The position numbers were made by a program, and so were the translations under genes. Below the pieces are notes generated by a model. The model was not told where the DNA came from. It saw nothing but the letters and a program-made list of their open reading frames with translations, and ran no database searches. From the human T2T-CHM13v2.0 reference genome, Homo sapiens, in NCBI RefSeq assembly GCF_009914755.1, contig NC_060927.1: a stretch of 64,000 nt of DNA. One strand, given 5' to 3'. Shown piece by piece: positions 12,373 to 27,855 of the stretch (within the stretch, counting starts at the first letter, position 1; the number at the start of each line of letters is the position of its first letter).

Positions 12373-15090
12373 CTACCATTTCCCTTTTGTGGGTAAGGAG
12401 ACTGAGGCCCAAATTAGTTACGTGGATTTGTTTAAAGTCATTCACCTAACTGGAATTGTACCTAGTGAGTTTTTTGATTCTTCATAATGTATTGGCATAG
12501 ACTGTTTGTTCAAAAATACATATATATTGTAAGTGCAGTTAAGGGTTCAGTCTACAGAACTAAATTTTAATTTAAATTTTAATCTGCCAGGGATTACACA
12601 TCTGGAAAATTATTTGAACTTGCTCCTGTTGGTGTACATCACCCATGGAGCTAGTCAGACGGAGTGATGAGATTTTTATCTCATATTTGAATGTCTTTGA
12701 CCTCTTAGAATATGGAGACTTAAAAGCAAAGAGCATCTTGTTTTCTGTGGCACAGCTCTGTGGCACATCATAAAGGTCATTGTCTTATTTTCTCATGGAC
12801 ATTGTTCCCGAAGTGAAGAATATTGTCCATATCTTTAGCATAAGCAGTCTGTGAATGTGTCCCAATGGTTTGGCATTGCAGTATTCTCTAGAAATAACCT
12901 AATTGATTATAAAAGTATCCCATAATCTGAAGTGTGTGGAGTTTGTATTTATTAACTTTTGCATGTATGCTGTCTATGTACTTTCCTCAGATTAAAAAAA
13001 TACCCAAATAACATACACTACCCTCCTTAAACTACTTTACAGTGATTTGAGGAAGAAAAGAAAATGTATGTTTGGAAAGTGCCAACTTAATTCAGGTTAT
13101 AATTTTCTGCTTTTTGGTCTAAAAAATCTGTTTTCAAAATAAACTTTTGTAGAAAATGATTTTGCAAGTCTTTTTTTAGGACTTAAAGAATTTCTTATAT
13201 CTTAGGTGCTGATATAAATACTGAGCAACCTCACAGCAAAATATTTTAATTTTTTAGAGTATCAACTTTATGTAAAAAAGCTGTGAAAATATGATTTTTA
13301 AAAAAAATTTTGAAATCACCTATATGCTAAGAAGAAGGTGAAGACTGTTTTAGTATTAATTCAGTATATTATTACCATTCTCTAATTGTTTTAAGGATGT
13401 GGATTAAATCATGTAAGCCTTGTTTTTTAATTTTAAAAATATATTTATAAAAAATATCCTGAGGAACATATGATGAATGGTATTTGTTAAAGAACTTAAT
13501 AGATACTTTATCTATACAGTGTTTCCTTTGGATTTCAAAAAGGTTTCGGGAAATGACTTGGACTTTGAAAAAAATTTTGGTGGAAAGGTTCCATAGAAAT
13601 GTCAAGATTGGCTAAGATTGACCTTGTCACTTGTGGGGGATTCAAACAAAGGTCCCTTTGTAACAAGAAAAACTGTCTCTGTATTGGGAGTTCATTGGAA
13701 TTTCTTTTCTAGCAGAGAAGAGTAATACGAATGACCAGAACAGGGCACAATAGGAATGTTTGTGTTCATCTGCTGAAGTTGTCCTGTGATGTAGCTTCTA
13801 CTTCTTATTCTCTTGAGTCTTGTATATATTTGATACACACTACTTAGTTATAAATATTTAGGTGTACATTTGTGAATGTTTTTAGATAGCTCTGAAAAAA
13901 TCTGCTGTGAATAAGATGCTTTCCAAGAAATCCTCAGCAAGCGTTCTTACAAGTTGAGATTTTACTTGAAGGCATTCAGTTGAAAAGAAAGCTGGAGTGA
14001 TTAAGTTATGAAATTATTCTCTTGGATTTATCTAAGTGGCATTAAGGATTTTTAGGAAGACTGGTTTAAAAAATGTATGTCACAGGTATAGATTTAATTA
14101 TTTTATCTTTGATTTTTGGAGGATCTCATATAGTCGTTTGAGAATCTGTGTTTTTCAGGTTTTAAAAATATTAAATATGGGAGGAGTTTGGTTTACCTCA
14201 CTTATGCTTATGCCATTCCTAGGGGTCACTGTATGCCTCCTGTTTTGAACCTTGACTTATTTTTTAATCCTTTTTCTTTTTTCAGTCTTCCTGGCCAATA
14301 CCCAGTTTACTTTCACAAAGCTGCTTTTGTGATTGTAATATAATTTTATTTGTCCAGAATATTATTTTACCACTGTTTTAATAAATTTAGAGATCAGGAT
14401 ATCATTTTATTAATATTTCAGAGAGAGAGACACTAAGTGATTTTCTGTTACTTATGGAGTACCTTTTCCAACTTAGAATGGGGAAAACAGTATAATTATT
14501 TAGAACTAAGATACGTTTTCTCTGCATGCTGTTGAATAAAGCATATTTTTCCGGACTCTTTGAAGACCCCAATATTTGGAAACTCAGGTGTTCAAACTGG
14601 AGAAACTTGCTTGCCTTTATCTATTTTATTCCAGACTTTCCTGGCATGAACTAATTACCAACTTTGAATACTAGTTTTTATTGATCACATTTATTTTTCC
14701 TGAGACCTGCATAAGGAATGTTAATCTCATCCTTAGACAGATCACTTTGTCCCTCTGCATGTCAGCTGCTAAATGAACTTTCCATCAGCATGGAACTAAT
14801 GTTTATCGGAATAACTAAATAATCTAAAACCAGGGCCCTAAGGTTTCACTTGCTGTGAGTCTGTTATCACCAGCTCACACTGGAGAATTCTTTTTCGTAC
14901 CATTGCTTTTTCTAAACAATAATTTCTATCCATGGTATGTGGATTTGGAAGTTAGTCTTTTAGAGACTTAGCTTTGCAGACATTACCTTAGGCTCAGAAG
15001 TCTGACTTAAATCAGGGTCTGGATGTAGTGAAAGCCTCCTGGGGATGGTTTGAAAAAATCTAGCTGTACATGTTGCTACAGTATTTATTT

Positions 15091-15405
15091 ATATCTATTT
15101 TTATTTTTTATTTTTGAGACAGAGTCTCGCTCTATTGCCCAGGCTGGAGTACAGTGGCGTGATCTTGGCTCACTGCAGCCTCTGCCTTCCATGTTCAAGC
15201 GATTCTCCTGCCTCAGTAGGAGAATCTACTACTCCTACTGGGACTACAGGCACATGCCACCATGCCTGGCTAATTTTTTGTATTTTTAGTAGAGACGGGG
15301 TTTCACCATGTTAGCCAGAATGGTCTCGATCTCCTGACCTCATGATCCGCCCGCCTTGGCCTCCCAAAATGCTGGGATTACAGGCATGAGCCACTGTGCC
15401 CAGCC
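15091..15405 (-). mobile_element. AluS with an internal template-switch lesion
   Basis: Full dimer; target-site duplication (TSD) agtatttattt at 15080-15090 and 15406-15416. Confidence 0.95.
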
Positions 15406-17313
15406 AGTATTTATTTTTAATGTGGGAAAGAGTTGCTAGAGGTAGCAAACATATGAATAACCTGAGGATAGGAAGGTAACGTATGAAAATGGTTTTCTGA
15501 GAGGGAACGTTCATGCTCTGAAAAACAGATGGAGCAGAAAGCTTTATAAAGAAGCTGCCTTTTCCTTTCCTCTGGAATTGTTGAACAACATCTTTGAGGG
15601 AAACATGACATAATATTTTGATAATTTTAGTGAGTGTATGTATTTGAGCAAGGCTGGTATTGAGTTGTAGGCTGTTTGGCATGGTAAAAGTTTGAATTCT
15701 CCAGAGCTGCTTTTAATCCATTTGCAATGCCTGTGTTTTTTCTTGTGAGCAGTGTGTATCCTCATCAGGGGCTGCCTCAATGCATATCCATCTGGAGGAG
15801 GCTACTCAGCTTTAATTAAAGAAACAGTGGTTGAGAGGGTCCGCCTACAACCACTGAAAGTAATAAATGTACATGGTGTAAAATTCAAATACTGCCAAAA
15901 AGTATGCACTGAGAAACAAGTCCCCCTGTATGACTGGTTTGGGGCGTAGCTTCCAGAGATACTCTCTGCACATACAAGTACAGTTTTTTTAATACGATGA
16001 TTGCCTACCATACACACTGTATGCACCAGTACCTATTTACTTTTAGTCCATCAAACAGCCAGAGTCTTAAGAATAACACCGAGTATAATTTTTTAAAATC
16101 TTTGTATGCTCCCCAAATAAGCCCAAGTTTTCTTTATGTAGTTTCTTCTACTTAGGAACTTTAAATGAATAGGTCCACATGAGTTATGGACTTTATTGTG
16201 AAAATAGTCATTGCTCTGAATATGGGATTCTTATTGAGCATTACATCTGATTCCTTGATAAAATATTTTAGGGTGAGAGCACCTACTGTGTACCAGGCAC
16301 TGTGCTAGGCATTGGAAATGTAACAGTAAGCTTGACAAGCGAGGTCCTTGTCCTTGAGACCTGGTGGGATAAACACACACAGAACAGATGCCTGAGAAAC
16401 AGAGTATTCCTTAAAGTAGGACCTTGGCCTGGATGGGGGAACTGAGGAAGTGACCTTTCCTTACCCCTCAATCTTCTTTCCTTTCCTCCTTTGTCAAATT
16501 AATCTCATTAGATTAATAGTCTTTATCAGATGTTTTAATTCAAATATAATTCAGTCTAGTCTCTAGATATAGAAATGCCATACTAGTCACATGTTAATTG
16601 TTTTATATTTGCAAGTAACTTCATTAAATGGGCACCTGGGATGTATGGAACAGCTTAATAAACCAACATTTCTGCACTGTAGTTAAATTGATCCTTTAGC
16701 TACAATATGAAAATTTTTATTTAAAGAAAAACAGAGCCTGGATTATGTCACAGTGCAAAATACGAAACATATTTCTAGTTTGAATGCATAATTCTTGGAT
16801 TTCCCTGCCTCTGAATGATTTCTAAATCTGGAAGATTTGGATCCTGTCAATTTATTTAGCTTACGGAAAAGTCATCTGATCTATACTTCAGGTTCATTAG
16901 AAACTCCTTTTACATCATGTCCTTAGGTAACAGTTTTATGAAAATTTCTGTAACTCATGATTGCAGTTTTGTTCTTACAATCTCCAGGTATTTTATTTAA
17001 AAATAAGAAATAAAATTGTACAACCTATCAACTGTGTGATCATTAGCTTGATTAAGATATAGCTCACCTGCTGTTAATTTATTTATCTTAGTAAGCCATG
17101 TGGTGTGCATGAGCTTATTTTACTCTTTCACTTTGTTCTGTGATTAATAAACTACTTCCATGGAATTTTGGGATTGAGTTTAGAGGCCATATATCCCATT
17201 CTGTAATTTACAGATAGTATCCCAGATCTCACAGCTAATTAGAATTAGAGCTAAGGCTAGAACTCAGGACTTCTGACCCATTTTATAGGAAAGGGTGGTT
17301 CACTGTGTTTTTA

Positions 17314-17676
<363 letters not shown>

Positions 17677-18302
17677 TTATCAAATAGCATCTGTTTATAT
17701 ACTGAGAAGCCCAGACGCGTTGACTCTGTTACCCTTCACCTTCTGTTGATGTATTATATTAGTTGTCTTGTTTATCCTCCTAGCATTTCCTTATGTAGAT
17801 ACAGGCAAATAAAAATGGTTTCTTATTGTCCCACTTTTCTTTAAAAACAGCGTGCTGACTGTATATGCGATTCTGCCACTTTTTTTTTTCTCTCAAGAAA
17901 GTTTAAATTTAAGCTCCTGAAAAAAGTCAGTGTGCCTACAGATACCACTTTATTTTGTCCACTTAGATCAGAACTAGGTTGCTATCTTTAGCTTAATTCT
18001 AGCATATGAGAAATGTGAGATAGTTCTATGAAGACTGTAGTGAAAAAAAAAAGATTAGAAATGTAAAGTACAAGGTGGGAAATTATTGAAATTGCTATTA
18101 TTTAACCCAAAGAAGAAAAAGTTTGGGCATTATTACTTTATAGATGAGGAAAGGGGAGGCTCAGATGGAGGTAAAGTACCTTACCCACAGTCACCCAAGC
18201 ACTCGGAGTCTCAATGGGGGCCTGCACTCAGATTAGCCTGCCAGTATTGAAGTCTCAATTCCTCATCTGCTACAGGAGCCTGATACATTTGTGAGTGACA
18301 AG

Positions 18303-19015
18303 TATAGTCGATACTCATTATTTGCGGATTCCATATTTGCAAATTTACCTATTTGCTAAAATTTATTTTTAACCCAAAATCAATACTTGTGGTTTTATGG
18401 TCATTCACAGTCATGCAAGCAGAGCAGCAAAAAAAAAAATGTGTTTCCTGACACGCGTGTTTCCAGCTGAGGTTGAACAAGGCAGTCTCTGCCTTTTCTT
18501 ATACTATAAACAAGTGTCCTTCTGATGGTCGATTAAGTGCCACAGTTTTTTGTATTTTTGTGCTTTTTGTTGATCATTTTGCTGTTTAAAGTGATCCCAA
18601 AGCATCGTGCAAAACTGTTTAGTGTTTACAAGAAGGCTGTGGTGTCTTACAGAGAAAATGTGTGTTTAAGGTAAGCTCATAGTGCTATTGTAAGTTAGAG
18701 TTCTAGTGCTGTACTGCTGTTGGCGTGAGTTCAATATTAACAAATCAACAATATGTCATAGTTTTGTGACTGCAGTGATAGTGCCATTGGCGTGAGTTCA
18801 TTGTTAGTGAATCAACACTGTATACATTAAATAAGGTGTTTTTAAACTGAAACACTCAGAAAACAAAGTTATGTATTGATCAGTTGATGAAATTATTGTG
18901 ACCAGAGGCTTGTAGGAACCCACACTGTGTTTCCACTAGTTCAGTATTCCAGTAATTCAATGTTCACAGCAACTTCATGGAACATAACTTCTGGGAATAA
19001 TGAGAACAGATAGTA
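18303..19015 (+). mobile_element. MER82-like TcMar-Tigger element
   Basis: Starts tagtcgatactcattatttgcggattccatatttgcaaatt and ends gaataatgagaacaga, forming imperfect terminal inverted repeats. Confidence 0.75.
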
Positions 19016-19080
19016 AATGCAAAGCCAGAAGTAGTCAGCTTCCTGCCAGTTCTAGCTATGTTTTATTTCTTTTCATTCTA

Positions 19081-19451
<371 letters not shown>

Positions 19452-19566
19452 CCCATGACTTCCTATTGAGATAACTCAGGACTATGAAATACAAGGTTAA
19501 ATTGCTTATTATAAAACATCATAACAATTGAGACATTTTGAAAGTTGCTGACAGTGGTGTTACTGA

Positions 19567-19810
19567 TAGTATAGCATGGTGACTAAGAGTGTCATCAGTC
19601 CACCTGGATTCCATTCCCTTCTGTACCATTTGTCCTGTGTGACCTTGAGCAAAATACCTAACATCTTTGTGCTTCAGCAGTCATGTGTGTAAAATGGAGA
19701 TGATACCACTAACTACTTCTTTGGGTTATTATGGAAGTTAAACGAATCAGTCAGTCAGTCTATGGAAAGCCATTAGACTAGCTCCTGGTATACAGTTAGT
19801 GCTTTTTAAA
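19567..19810 (+). mobile_element. MIR
   Basis: agtatagcatggtgactaagag...ctgtgtgaccttgagcaa...tgtaaaatggagatgata core. Confidence 0.85.
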
Positions 19811-19816
19811 TGATTA

Positions 19817-19924
19817 GAGTAATTGCATCTCCTCATTTGCCCAGGATAATTTTAGTTGTGATTAGCTGCCCCTTTCATTCTCAAAAGATATCCCAATTTG
19901 GAGGATAAATTGTATGGTCACCCT
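19817..19924 (+). mobile_element. MER94-like hAT-Blackjack element
   Basis: gcccctttcattctcaaaag...ggataaattgtatggtcaccct terminus. Confidence 0.65.
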
Positions 19925-20254
19925 CTAATGTAAGGATGATTCATAATTATCAGCTAATACTGAATTATTGGCTATTTCTGTAAATACCTGTTGGGACGAT
20001 TGATTTCTTTTTCTTCTTCAAGAAGTAAGTTGAAAAACTCCCTCCTCCTGGTTTTGGAGGGCTGCTTGGAGAAGAGAAATGGGAGAGGAACAGGTTGAGT
20101 ATTCACATGTGGCATAATTGTGTGTTGTTTCCTTATTTTGTGTTTTTGCTCAGTGAAAGAAAGTGGTCTAGAATCTGGTTCTGGCATAGAGAGATTATAT
20201 CTTTCCCACTGGACAGCTCTTTCTCTAGTAGCCAGGAAAGACTTGTGGGAAATA

Positions 20255-20650
20255 TAGTTTATATTTTAGAACAGTTTTAGGTTATAGGAAAATTGAGCAG
20301 CAAGTACAGAGTTCTTATATACCCCCTGATGCTGCTCCCACCCCACACAGCTTCTACCCTACTATCAACATCCCACATCAGAATGGTACATTTGTTGTAA
20401 TTGATGAAGCTACATTGACACATCACTATCACCTAAAGTACATAATTTACATTACGGTTTGCTCTTGATGTTCTACACTCTATGGGATGGATAAATGTAT
20501 AATGGCATGTGTTCATCATTATTAGTATCATACAGAATAGTTTCACTGCTCTAAATATCCTCTGTGTTCCACCTGTTCATCCCTCCCTCTCCTTAAGCCC
20601 CTGACAACCAGTGATCTTTTTTATTATTTCTATAGTTTTGCCTTTTCTAA
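20255..20650 (-). mobile_element. L1MC/L1MD-type 3' end
   Basis: ttttagaacagttttaggtt...aaattgagcagcaagtacagagttc...ggtacatttgttgtaattgatgaa. Confidence 0.75.
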
Positions 20651-20719
20651 TGCTGTTGAGTTTTGCAGTAGTTATTTGTCCCTTGTCCCACATAGTCTTT
20701 TGAGATGGCTATGAGACAT

Positions 20720-21020
20720 AAGAGGCACTATTGAACAGGCAGGCAAGCAGGTTTGGATTTGGGCCATTTGAAGGCTGGAGACATATTTGGGAGTGGTTAG
20801 CATGTAGATGGAATTTCAAGCAATGGTGCTGAAAGAGATTATTGGAGAAAGACTAGAGATAGAGAAGTTAAAGCTGAGCACCAAGCCCTGAGACCTTCCA
20901 ACACTAAGATATTGAGAAGTTGGGGGTGGGGGAGGACTGGCCAAGAATGCTGAGAAGGAGATGCCAGTGGGAGTAGAAGGAAACCCCGGATTATGTGTGC
21001 TCTAGAAGGCAAGCAGGATG
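20720..21020 (-). mobile_element. L2 fragment
   Basis: ggctggagacatatttgggagtggttagcatgtagatgg...caagccctgagaccttccaaca. Confidence 0.65.
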
Positions 21021-21400
21021 TAATTTTTTTTCTTCTTCTTCCATATTTATAAAGGAAGAATCAACATACCTTAAGAATGGTTTCAATCTCTTGTGGCATT
21101 CTTTTGAGGATCAGTATTTTGCGCCATGTCAATGAGATACAGAGTTGTAGACAGGAAAGGCTCTGCGCAAGAAGCAGGTGCGACCGGCTCATTCAGGGTG
21201 TCATCAGTGTAAAAAGGATACACTTTTGGAACTCTGGAGTCATGGCATGGCCCCTGTGCCTTCCAGAAGATTATTGGAGTAATCAGCATCACTTCCAAAG
21301 AAGTGAAAAGTGAAGGGGAGGTAGAGCACTTCAGTAAATGCAGTAGATGCTGTTGAAGTTTCACAGTAGCTGTGGAATGTGGATGAGTCTTCTGCTTTCA

Positions 21401-21881
<481 letters not shown>

Positions 21882-24800
21882 TCATTTGTAGTGATTTGAT
21901 TTCCAAAAATAATTAGCTTTATAAACATAAATTGCATAAGTAATGTCCCCATTTTATAACTCTAAGTTGTCATTATGGAAGGGATAGGCTGTGCTGTAAA
22001 ATTGTTGACTTTGAAGTAAAATGCTTATTAAGGATCATGAGTACCAATTTTCACATATGTCGTAGCCTATGTTGTAGCCAAAGTCGACATTTGAGAAATG
22101 GTTAAGGTTTTACAGCAACGTTTACTTTATTATCAGAATATAGTATATTCAGTCAAGTACTATTAATACCATTTCATATCGTAATTATGCCATTTCAAGG
22201 GAATTTATTAGAAAGGTTTACATGGATTCTTCTTTGCATTACCCTCCACTCCTGCCACCCCCCCACCCCACCTGCAGCCATCCACGTAAAAATTCATTAT
22301 GTTACTGCCTTGGATTTTTGCCAATATAGAATAAATAATTGGATTTAGCTTCTGTTACAGTTTTGTCTGTCTCAGATTATGAATGTAAGTTGGTAAGATT
22401 TTCTGCCAATTTTAATTCACCAAGATTGCATTAAAATTATGAAGAGACGATTGAATGTAATTTTTCTTTCCTTTACTCCTGTAGTTGAACTGTAAAAGTT
22501 CTCAATTAATTACAGTTCTTACAGAGTATCAATTATTGCAATTTGCAAACTCCAGAGCCTTTATAATGAAAGATAAACATTTTACAACCATACATTTGTC
22601 AACGTTTGATGCTAATTGCAGCAATTAATTCGTTCTTTAATGTTTAATGTTTTATAGGTTAATGAAAGCTGGCATTCTCTTCCCTCTTTATGTTAATATG
22701 AGAAACTTTTCAGGAGTAGGGTACAGATTGATACATGTATAAAACTATTTTTGCAGTCTATTGCTTGTCTTAGCAACTAAATGAAAACCAGAGGTTGCAG
22801 AGGTTTGCTTATTCTTTTCTCTGCATATGTAGAGTGGAGGCCTGCAGGTTCCTGACAAACAAGAGCAGAAGTTTAATGAGTCCCTAAAAACTCAGTTTGT
22901 TTCTAAATAAAACATAAATTTGGAGAGTTGAAATGAGTGATTTCAGAAACCTTTTTGGCTTGGGTGAAAATTAGCATCTTCTCAAGTATTTCTTAAGTGC
23001 CTTGTCATTTGAAGATGATAATAGTATCTATGACCATTTATTCAGCCCAGTGTGCTGAGTACTGTGGTAAGTTCTTTTAGTACTTTATGTTATTTAATCC
23101 AGAATTCAGACAAGATCTGACTCCAGAGCTCTCTCTACAGGGAGACAAGTTCAAATACCTGCCCTGGCAGCCAGGCCATATAGCTTAGTAAAGTAGGATG
23201 GGTGTGAGATGGGTCTGAGTAGTGGGATCACCATAAACTGGGCTGTGAGTACAGCGCCAGTCATTCCAGCCATGGTGGAATGTAAGCTCAGTGTTGCCAG
23301 ATCTACTGATGTTTCAGAAAAAGTGGGAAATCTAGATGTGTGGGTGCACTTCCTTAATTTTTAAATGTTTGGAGCTAATTTAGGTTTTTAAAATACATGT
23401 GTAGGGCAGTTTCAACCCACCAGCCATCCATTTGAGAGCTCCGAAGCACACTGTGTTGGCTTGATCTTTTGGTCTGAATTAGCTTGATACAATGGCTGGG
23501 GCTTGTGCCTATGCATCAGGTGGCACTCTTGAAGTTCCTCAGAGAGCCTCTCTACAAATTCAGCAGGGGTTGGAGGGAAGAAGGGAAAATATATCTTAAT
23601 GAATTATATTAATAAATACTAATATGTAATTTGAGGCATTGAGGAAATACAATTATATAACTTTCAGTGATAAAGCATGCTGATCTTTCCTTCATTTTCC
23701 TTCCTGTTACAGTTAATTGGGCAATCAGTTAAATAATATGCCTTTGTCAGATTTTTTATATTAGAGCACCTAAAGGATCAGGTAGATTTCTTTTTTATAG
23801 TATTAACACAGAAGTAAAAACAAAGTAGCCTTTCTTTAAAAGAATGAGGAAATGTATACATACATATACATACTCATTTTTTTTTCTGAATTAAAAAATA
23901 GTTAAGAAATTTGAGTTGGCTTGGCAAAGAAAACTGAGAAAATGCTTAAAATTAGAAAATATATAGACATATACTTTTTATAAGCATTGCAAAGAAAAAT
24001 GATGGAGACTATTTTTATGTTCAATCTCTAACTGTCCTAGGCATAGTGTAAGTGCCCTCCGCATGCAAGTCATGATTTACTGTGAATGGGTCTCCTGTAT
24101 ATACTGCTTTTAGCCTGTATGTTTTTTAAAAAATTGAATTTACCATTCTGTGTCATAAGACTAGAGGGTAAAGTTCAGATTTTGAAAGTCTAAGAAAATG
24201 TGATGGCATCCCATTCATCTTGTATTAAAGGTTCTATAAACCGTAATGGTTAGATCTTTGACCTCTGTTCCTACACCTGCAGCTAGTCCTAAATCAAAGT
24301 GTTTAAGCCTGACATGGGCTGTACCTGTAACTCAGTGTGGAAGCTGCATATTGTAGGCTATTTCTACTGTTGGAGAGGGAGGGCGGGCATTGTGGTAACT
24401 CTTTTTACCTTTTCATATGTTCATTAACTTTCCAAGGAAATGAAATGCTTCCCTCTTCTTTTTCTACGGTTAAATTTCAAGCTAGTGTTAAAAAAAAAGT
24501 GCAAGGAATTAATGTACCAAACCCTGGAGATGTGTAAAAGAAAAACCTTTAAAATTGTATTTTCAAAAATCTTGAGTCCTTTTAACATTCCTATAGATAA
24601 TTTAGTAAAGATAAATCATACTTACTTTTTCATGAAGCTAATTGCCTCTGGTTTGTATCCCCTGAGAAATACTAATTTACAAATTAGAACCTACAAATGA
24701 TTTTTGTTTCAAAGACCACTTTTGTTTCAGAGACCACTTTCCAGGGAACAATTCTCAATAACGGAAGGAGGGTGTTTTAGTTCCCCCTTCAAAGGAAGGT

Positions 24801-25876
24801 ATTGGCACTGTATGTTTTGTTTTGTTTTGTTTTGTTTTACAAAGAAGCCAGATGGTATTTATTTTGCATAGCTGTAATAAGTTCTAAGGAAAGCACTTGG
24901 AAATGGTACTAATGTTTAATGGAAAGATGTATAAACCCACTTGGGAACTGTAAAGCATTATGCAAGGTATAGTTTAGCTATTTAATATAATAACAGGTAA
25001 TCATTCTGTGCTGGCTTTGTTATTAGCACAGGTGCCAGGGCATTTTGGGGCTCTGACATTTTATAGAAACCAGAGTAGCTGCTGACAACTCAAACAGTAT
25101 TGTTACCGTGGCAGGGCCTGGATCCCACAGTCTAGCTATCCAGTGGTGCCTACCTTCTGTTCTGCAGGTATATCTTTCTCCATCCCTTTTAAACCGGAGA
25201 CTATCACCCTGTGAAAGGATCACAGTGCAGCCTTCCCCTGAGTAAATGACAAATAGGCAGTTTCTTTAGTATTTTTCACATTCCTGCACCTGGCTGGGAG
25301 CCAGCTCTGCTTTTGTGGCAGAAAGTGAGGCTGGAGAGAATGTTTGGGAGCCAATCTTTGGTAGGGAAGTGACAAAATGCAAGGGTATATGTATATGGGC
25401 CAAAGTTAAGATAAACTTTTTTTTGGTAGTTTTCACTGTAATTATTAAGAGGCAATTAAAAAAAAGAGGTAACACTAGAAAATGACAAACTCCCAGAAGG
25501 TGTGATTACTTACAAATCAGCTGCTCTGGGTCCTGGTGAGTGACATAGTCCTGGTGATCAGTGTCAGCATCCTTCACAAGCAATGAAAGGAGAGTTCGCA
25601 GTGACGCTGCTTCACAGGATGTAGATGGGTCCAGGCATTTAGGCTGGCTGAGAGGCATAAAGTGGCTGAGATTTGGTTGGGAAGAACCAAGATGAGGCGT
25701 GCCTCTGTGTGCTTTACGTAGACGGTGTTGTATGGTTAGAAGCCAGTAGTTAGAAATTCGGTTTGAAAAGCCGGGTCTGATGTTTCAGAGAAAAAGGGTA
25801 ATGCGGCCAGAGACGTTTTTAGAAGCAGATTTTGGTAGATTCTTTTTACCTTTTAAAAAAATACATATATATATCT

Positions 25877-25997
25877 TTTTATGAGATGAGGTTTTCCTAC
25901 ATTGCCCAGGCTAGTCTCGAACTCCTGGGCTTAAACAATCCTCTTGCCTCAGTCTCCTGAATAGCTAAAATTATAGGCATACACCTCTGTGTCTGGC
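25877..25997 (-). mobile_element. Alu monomer (FLAM-like)
   Basis: gcccaggctagtctcgaactcctgggcttaaacaatcctc. Confidence 0.8.
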
Positions 25998-26975
25998 TTG
26001 GTAGAGTCTCTAAAAGGGGATTGATGCAAGAATAAAAGGGAGAAGAGTAAATACCATAAAAAGCCCATTGCAGAAGGTGTGTGTTTCAAAGCCAGGGTAG
26101 AGAAATAAGTAAGGGATGCATGTATAAAACAGAACAACATTGGTGAAATGTGACTGTTTATGGTTTACAAATTACTGATTGGCAGCAGGAAACATAGATT
26201 TAAGAATATACATGCTACAGAAATTTCCCTAAAGAAGTAACGTATTTTATAATTCTAAATTTACTGTTATTAAAGTTAGAGGCTGCCAGCAGCTTGGTTA
26301 TGGTCAAATGCCAGGTAAGATTTTGGGATATGAAACATTTGACCCTTCTGAACTAAGTTCACATGCATTGGACCTCTCCGAAAGCCTTGTAAGAGGGTAT
26401 AAAAGCAAACTTTCCTTAGCTTCCTACAAGTGAAACCATTATTTCCTCTTACCAGGGTACCTTGCATGGTGATTAGGCAGAAGGATAAGAGTTGTGATGT
26501 GTTAAAGGCTGTGCAGGACTGGCTTTAGTGTGGACATAACTGTCTCTAATTCCCTGGTGTGACTGGGGTGGGGGACATGTTGGCTGAATTCCCTCTCACT
26601 GACCCTACAAATACAGAGATGCTTAACATTCCACATCTCTCAGCCATTTGGATCTATAGAGTGGTTTCGGATTGTGTTCCATCAGGCCTGGAATTCCCTG
26701 AAGGCACTTTAGGGTCTGCCAATTTGGGTGTCAGGGAAGCAAATAACTGGGCCCTGGGCCTCCTGACCCTGCTACAAGCAGAACAGCTCTCTTTTATTGT
26801 GGAAGTCTTGGGACTTTTCATAAGATTCACTTGAAAAGGGATGAAACACATACAAAATCCACTATCTGGGGAAGCAGGAAAAGAGAGCATTCTGTATGTG
26901 AACAAAACTAGCTGATACAAGCCCCGGCCCTCCATCCATTTCTCTAGCTGCTGCACTTATTAAAAGGGCTTTATT

Positions 26976-27855
<880 letters not shown>

